Shown one piece after another: positions 63,239 through 64,000 of a DNA stretch of 64,000 nucleotides. The stretch is taken from the NCBI GenBank assembly GCA_035517195.1, contig DATIZH010000003.1, positions 1,262-65,261 on the forward strand, given 5' to 3'. Below the pieces are notes generated by a model that had not been told where the DNA came from, did no database searches, and was given only the letters and a program-made list of their open reading frames with translations. Within the stretch, counting starts at the first letter, position 1. Every line of letters starts with the position of its first letter. The stretch comes from Nitrospiria bacterium. GTDB taxonomy: Bacteria; Nitrospirota; Nitrospiria; JACQCE01. Made by a program: the position numbers and the translations under genes.

Positions 63239-64000
63239 GTGCGGATTGTCTTCACGGCGTTCAAAAAATTTTTCCGGATCAACGGCCTCTTCCTCGCCTC
63301 CGGCCTGGCGTTCGACATCATCCTCTGCTGCATTCCCTTCTTCTTCGTGATCATCGCCGTCATGGGCTACATCCTCTCCAGCTCCGCGAGCGCCGTGGAG
63401 GGGGTGCAGGCGGTGTTGCAGCGCTTTCTGCCACAGTCGCACGACCTCTTTGCCCAGAGCCTGCCGGGAATCGTGGCCAGGCGACAGCTCTACAGTCTTG
63501 TGGGACTCGCCTTTTTCGCCTTCTCGTCGAGCGTCGCCTTCGGATCAGTCCGGACGGTGCTCGATACCATCTTTGACGTCAGGCGGCCCCTGGGGTTCTT
63601 CGTTGGCAAAGGGGTCGATCTACTGTTGATGCTGGCATTATCGGGCTTCTTCCTACTGGTGGTGGCAATGGAATCCACGCTGGCGGTACTGCGGGGGATG
63701 AGCCGGCACACTCCCATTGTGGGTGACTGGCTCGCGCCGGGTTGGGAAATGCTGAGCCACCTCTTCGGCTTTGGCCTGACCTGGATACTTTTCTATCTGA
63801 TCTTTCGTTTCTGCCCGAGCCAGCGGCTAGGTCGAAGGCCAATCATGATCGGCTCACTGATCAGTGCGGTTCTGCTCGAATTGTCCAAGTGGTTCTTCAT
63901 CTGGTACGTCGCGCGTGTCCAACTCTATGCGATTCTTTCCGGCGCACTGGGCGGGATCTTTTTCTTTCTCCTCTGGGCCTATTACGCCTCGCTGGCCTTC
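63239..64000 (+). CDS. YihY/BrkB-family membrane protein, 3' end outside window
   Basis: My own translation of frame 2, which is open to nt 64000: FKKFFRINGLFLASGLAFDIILCCIPFFFVIIAVMGY...LGGIFFFLLWAYYASLAF. Not in the ORF track because it has no stop. GTG start at 63239 assumed. Confidence 0.72.
   Translation, partial: MRIVFTAFKKFFRINGLFLASGLAFDIILCCIPFFFVIIAVMGYILSSSASAVEGVQAVLQRFLPQSHDLFAQSLPGIVARRQLYSLVGLAFFAFSSSVAFGSVRTVLDTIFDVRRPLGFFVGKGVDLLLMLALSGFFLLVVAMESTLAVLRGMSRHTPIVGDWLAPGWEMLSHLFGFGLTWILFYLIFRFCPSQRLGRRPIMIGSLISAVLLELSKWFFIWYVARVQLYAILSGALGGIFFFLLWAYYASLAF

Overview
High-GC (visibly above 60%) chromosomal window from a diderm bacterium. Kdo, lipid A and L-Ara4N genes are present. 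The taxon cannot be fixed from sequence alone. Most of the window is densely packed housekeeping genes. (1) nt 1-12.1k: a Kelch-repeat gene tail, ribBA-ribH-nusB, and purB-purS ... purQ-purL-purF, with two regulator genes wedged between purS and purQ. (2) nt 12.1-21.2k: a PilZ gene, a lipoprotein, a NUDIX hydrolase and a complete minus-strand L-Ara4N lipid A modification cluster (arnT, arnE/F-like, arnB, arnC, split arnA, arnD). (3) nt 21.3-35.9k: a lower-GC accessory stretch with Yip1, a DUF898-M48 peptidase pair, bactofilin plus methyltransferase, an SH3 lipoprotein, a Cache-HAMP-GGDEF cyclase, PsiE-like, DUF922-like, MFS, BON and AIM24 genes. It ends at tRNA-Phe, which is preceded by a ladder of direct repeats derived from the tRNA 3' end. 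(4) nt 36-45.6k: lepA-lepB-hldA-kdsB-pyrG-kdsA-kdsD-kdsC-pgsA-plsY. (5) nt 45.8-53k: a TrkA-C protein, VanZ, miaB, a LuxR regulator, and pyrD with a DUF62 SAM hydrolase and a repeat lipoprotein. (6) nt 53.4-61.9k: greA and the minus-strand pyrimidine operon pyrR-pyrB-pyrC-carA-carB. After that come a PepSY-like secreted protein and a 3'-truncated YihY/BrkB gene. I found no rRNA, CRISPR array, transposase or integrase. The structure worth a second look is mostly non-genic: a dispersed family of G5AG...CTC5 hairpin repeats (short and about 108-nt long forms, 9 or more copies, clustered inside the pyr operon and next to arnT); a 50-nt duplication of the carA 5' end that creates a 32-codon upstream ORF stop-start coupled to carA; a PyrR-type attenuator with an extra strong hairpin; cassette-like segments bounded by tRNA-Phe-derived direct repeats; a G9 tract directly after the arnC start codon; and a 1-nt frame break in the Kelch gene. 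No single obvious new multi-gene system stands out. The DUF898-M48 pair and the tRNA-Phe repeat ladder are the best candidates for uncharacterised biology.
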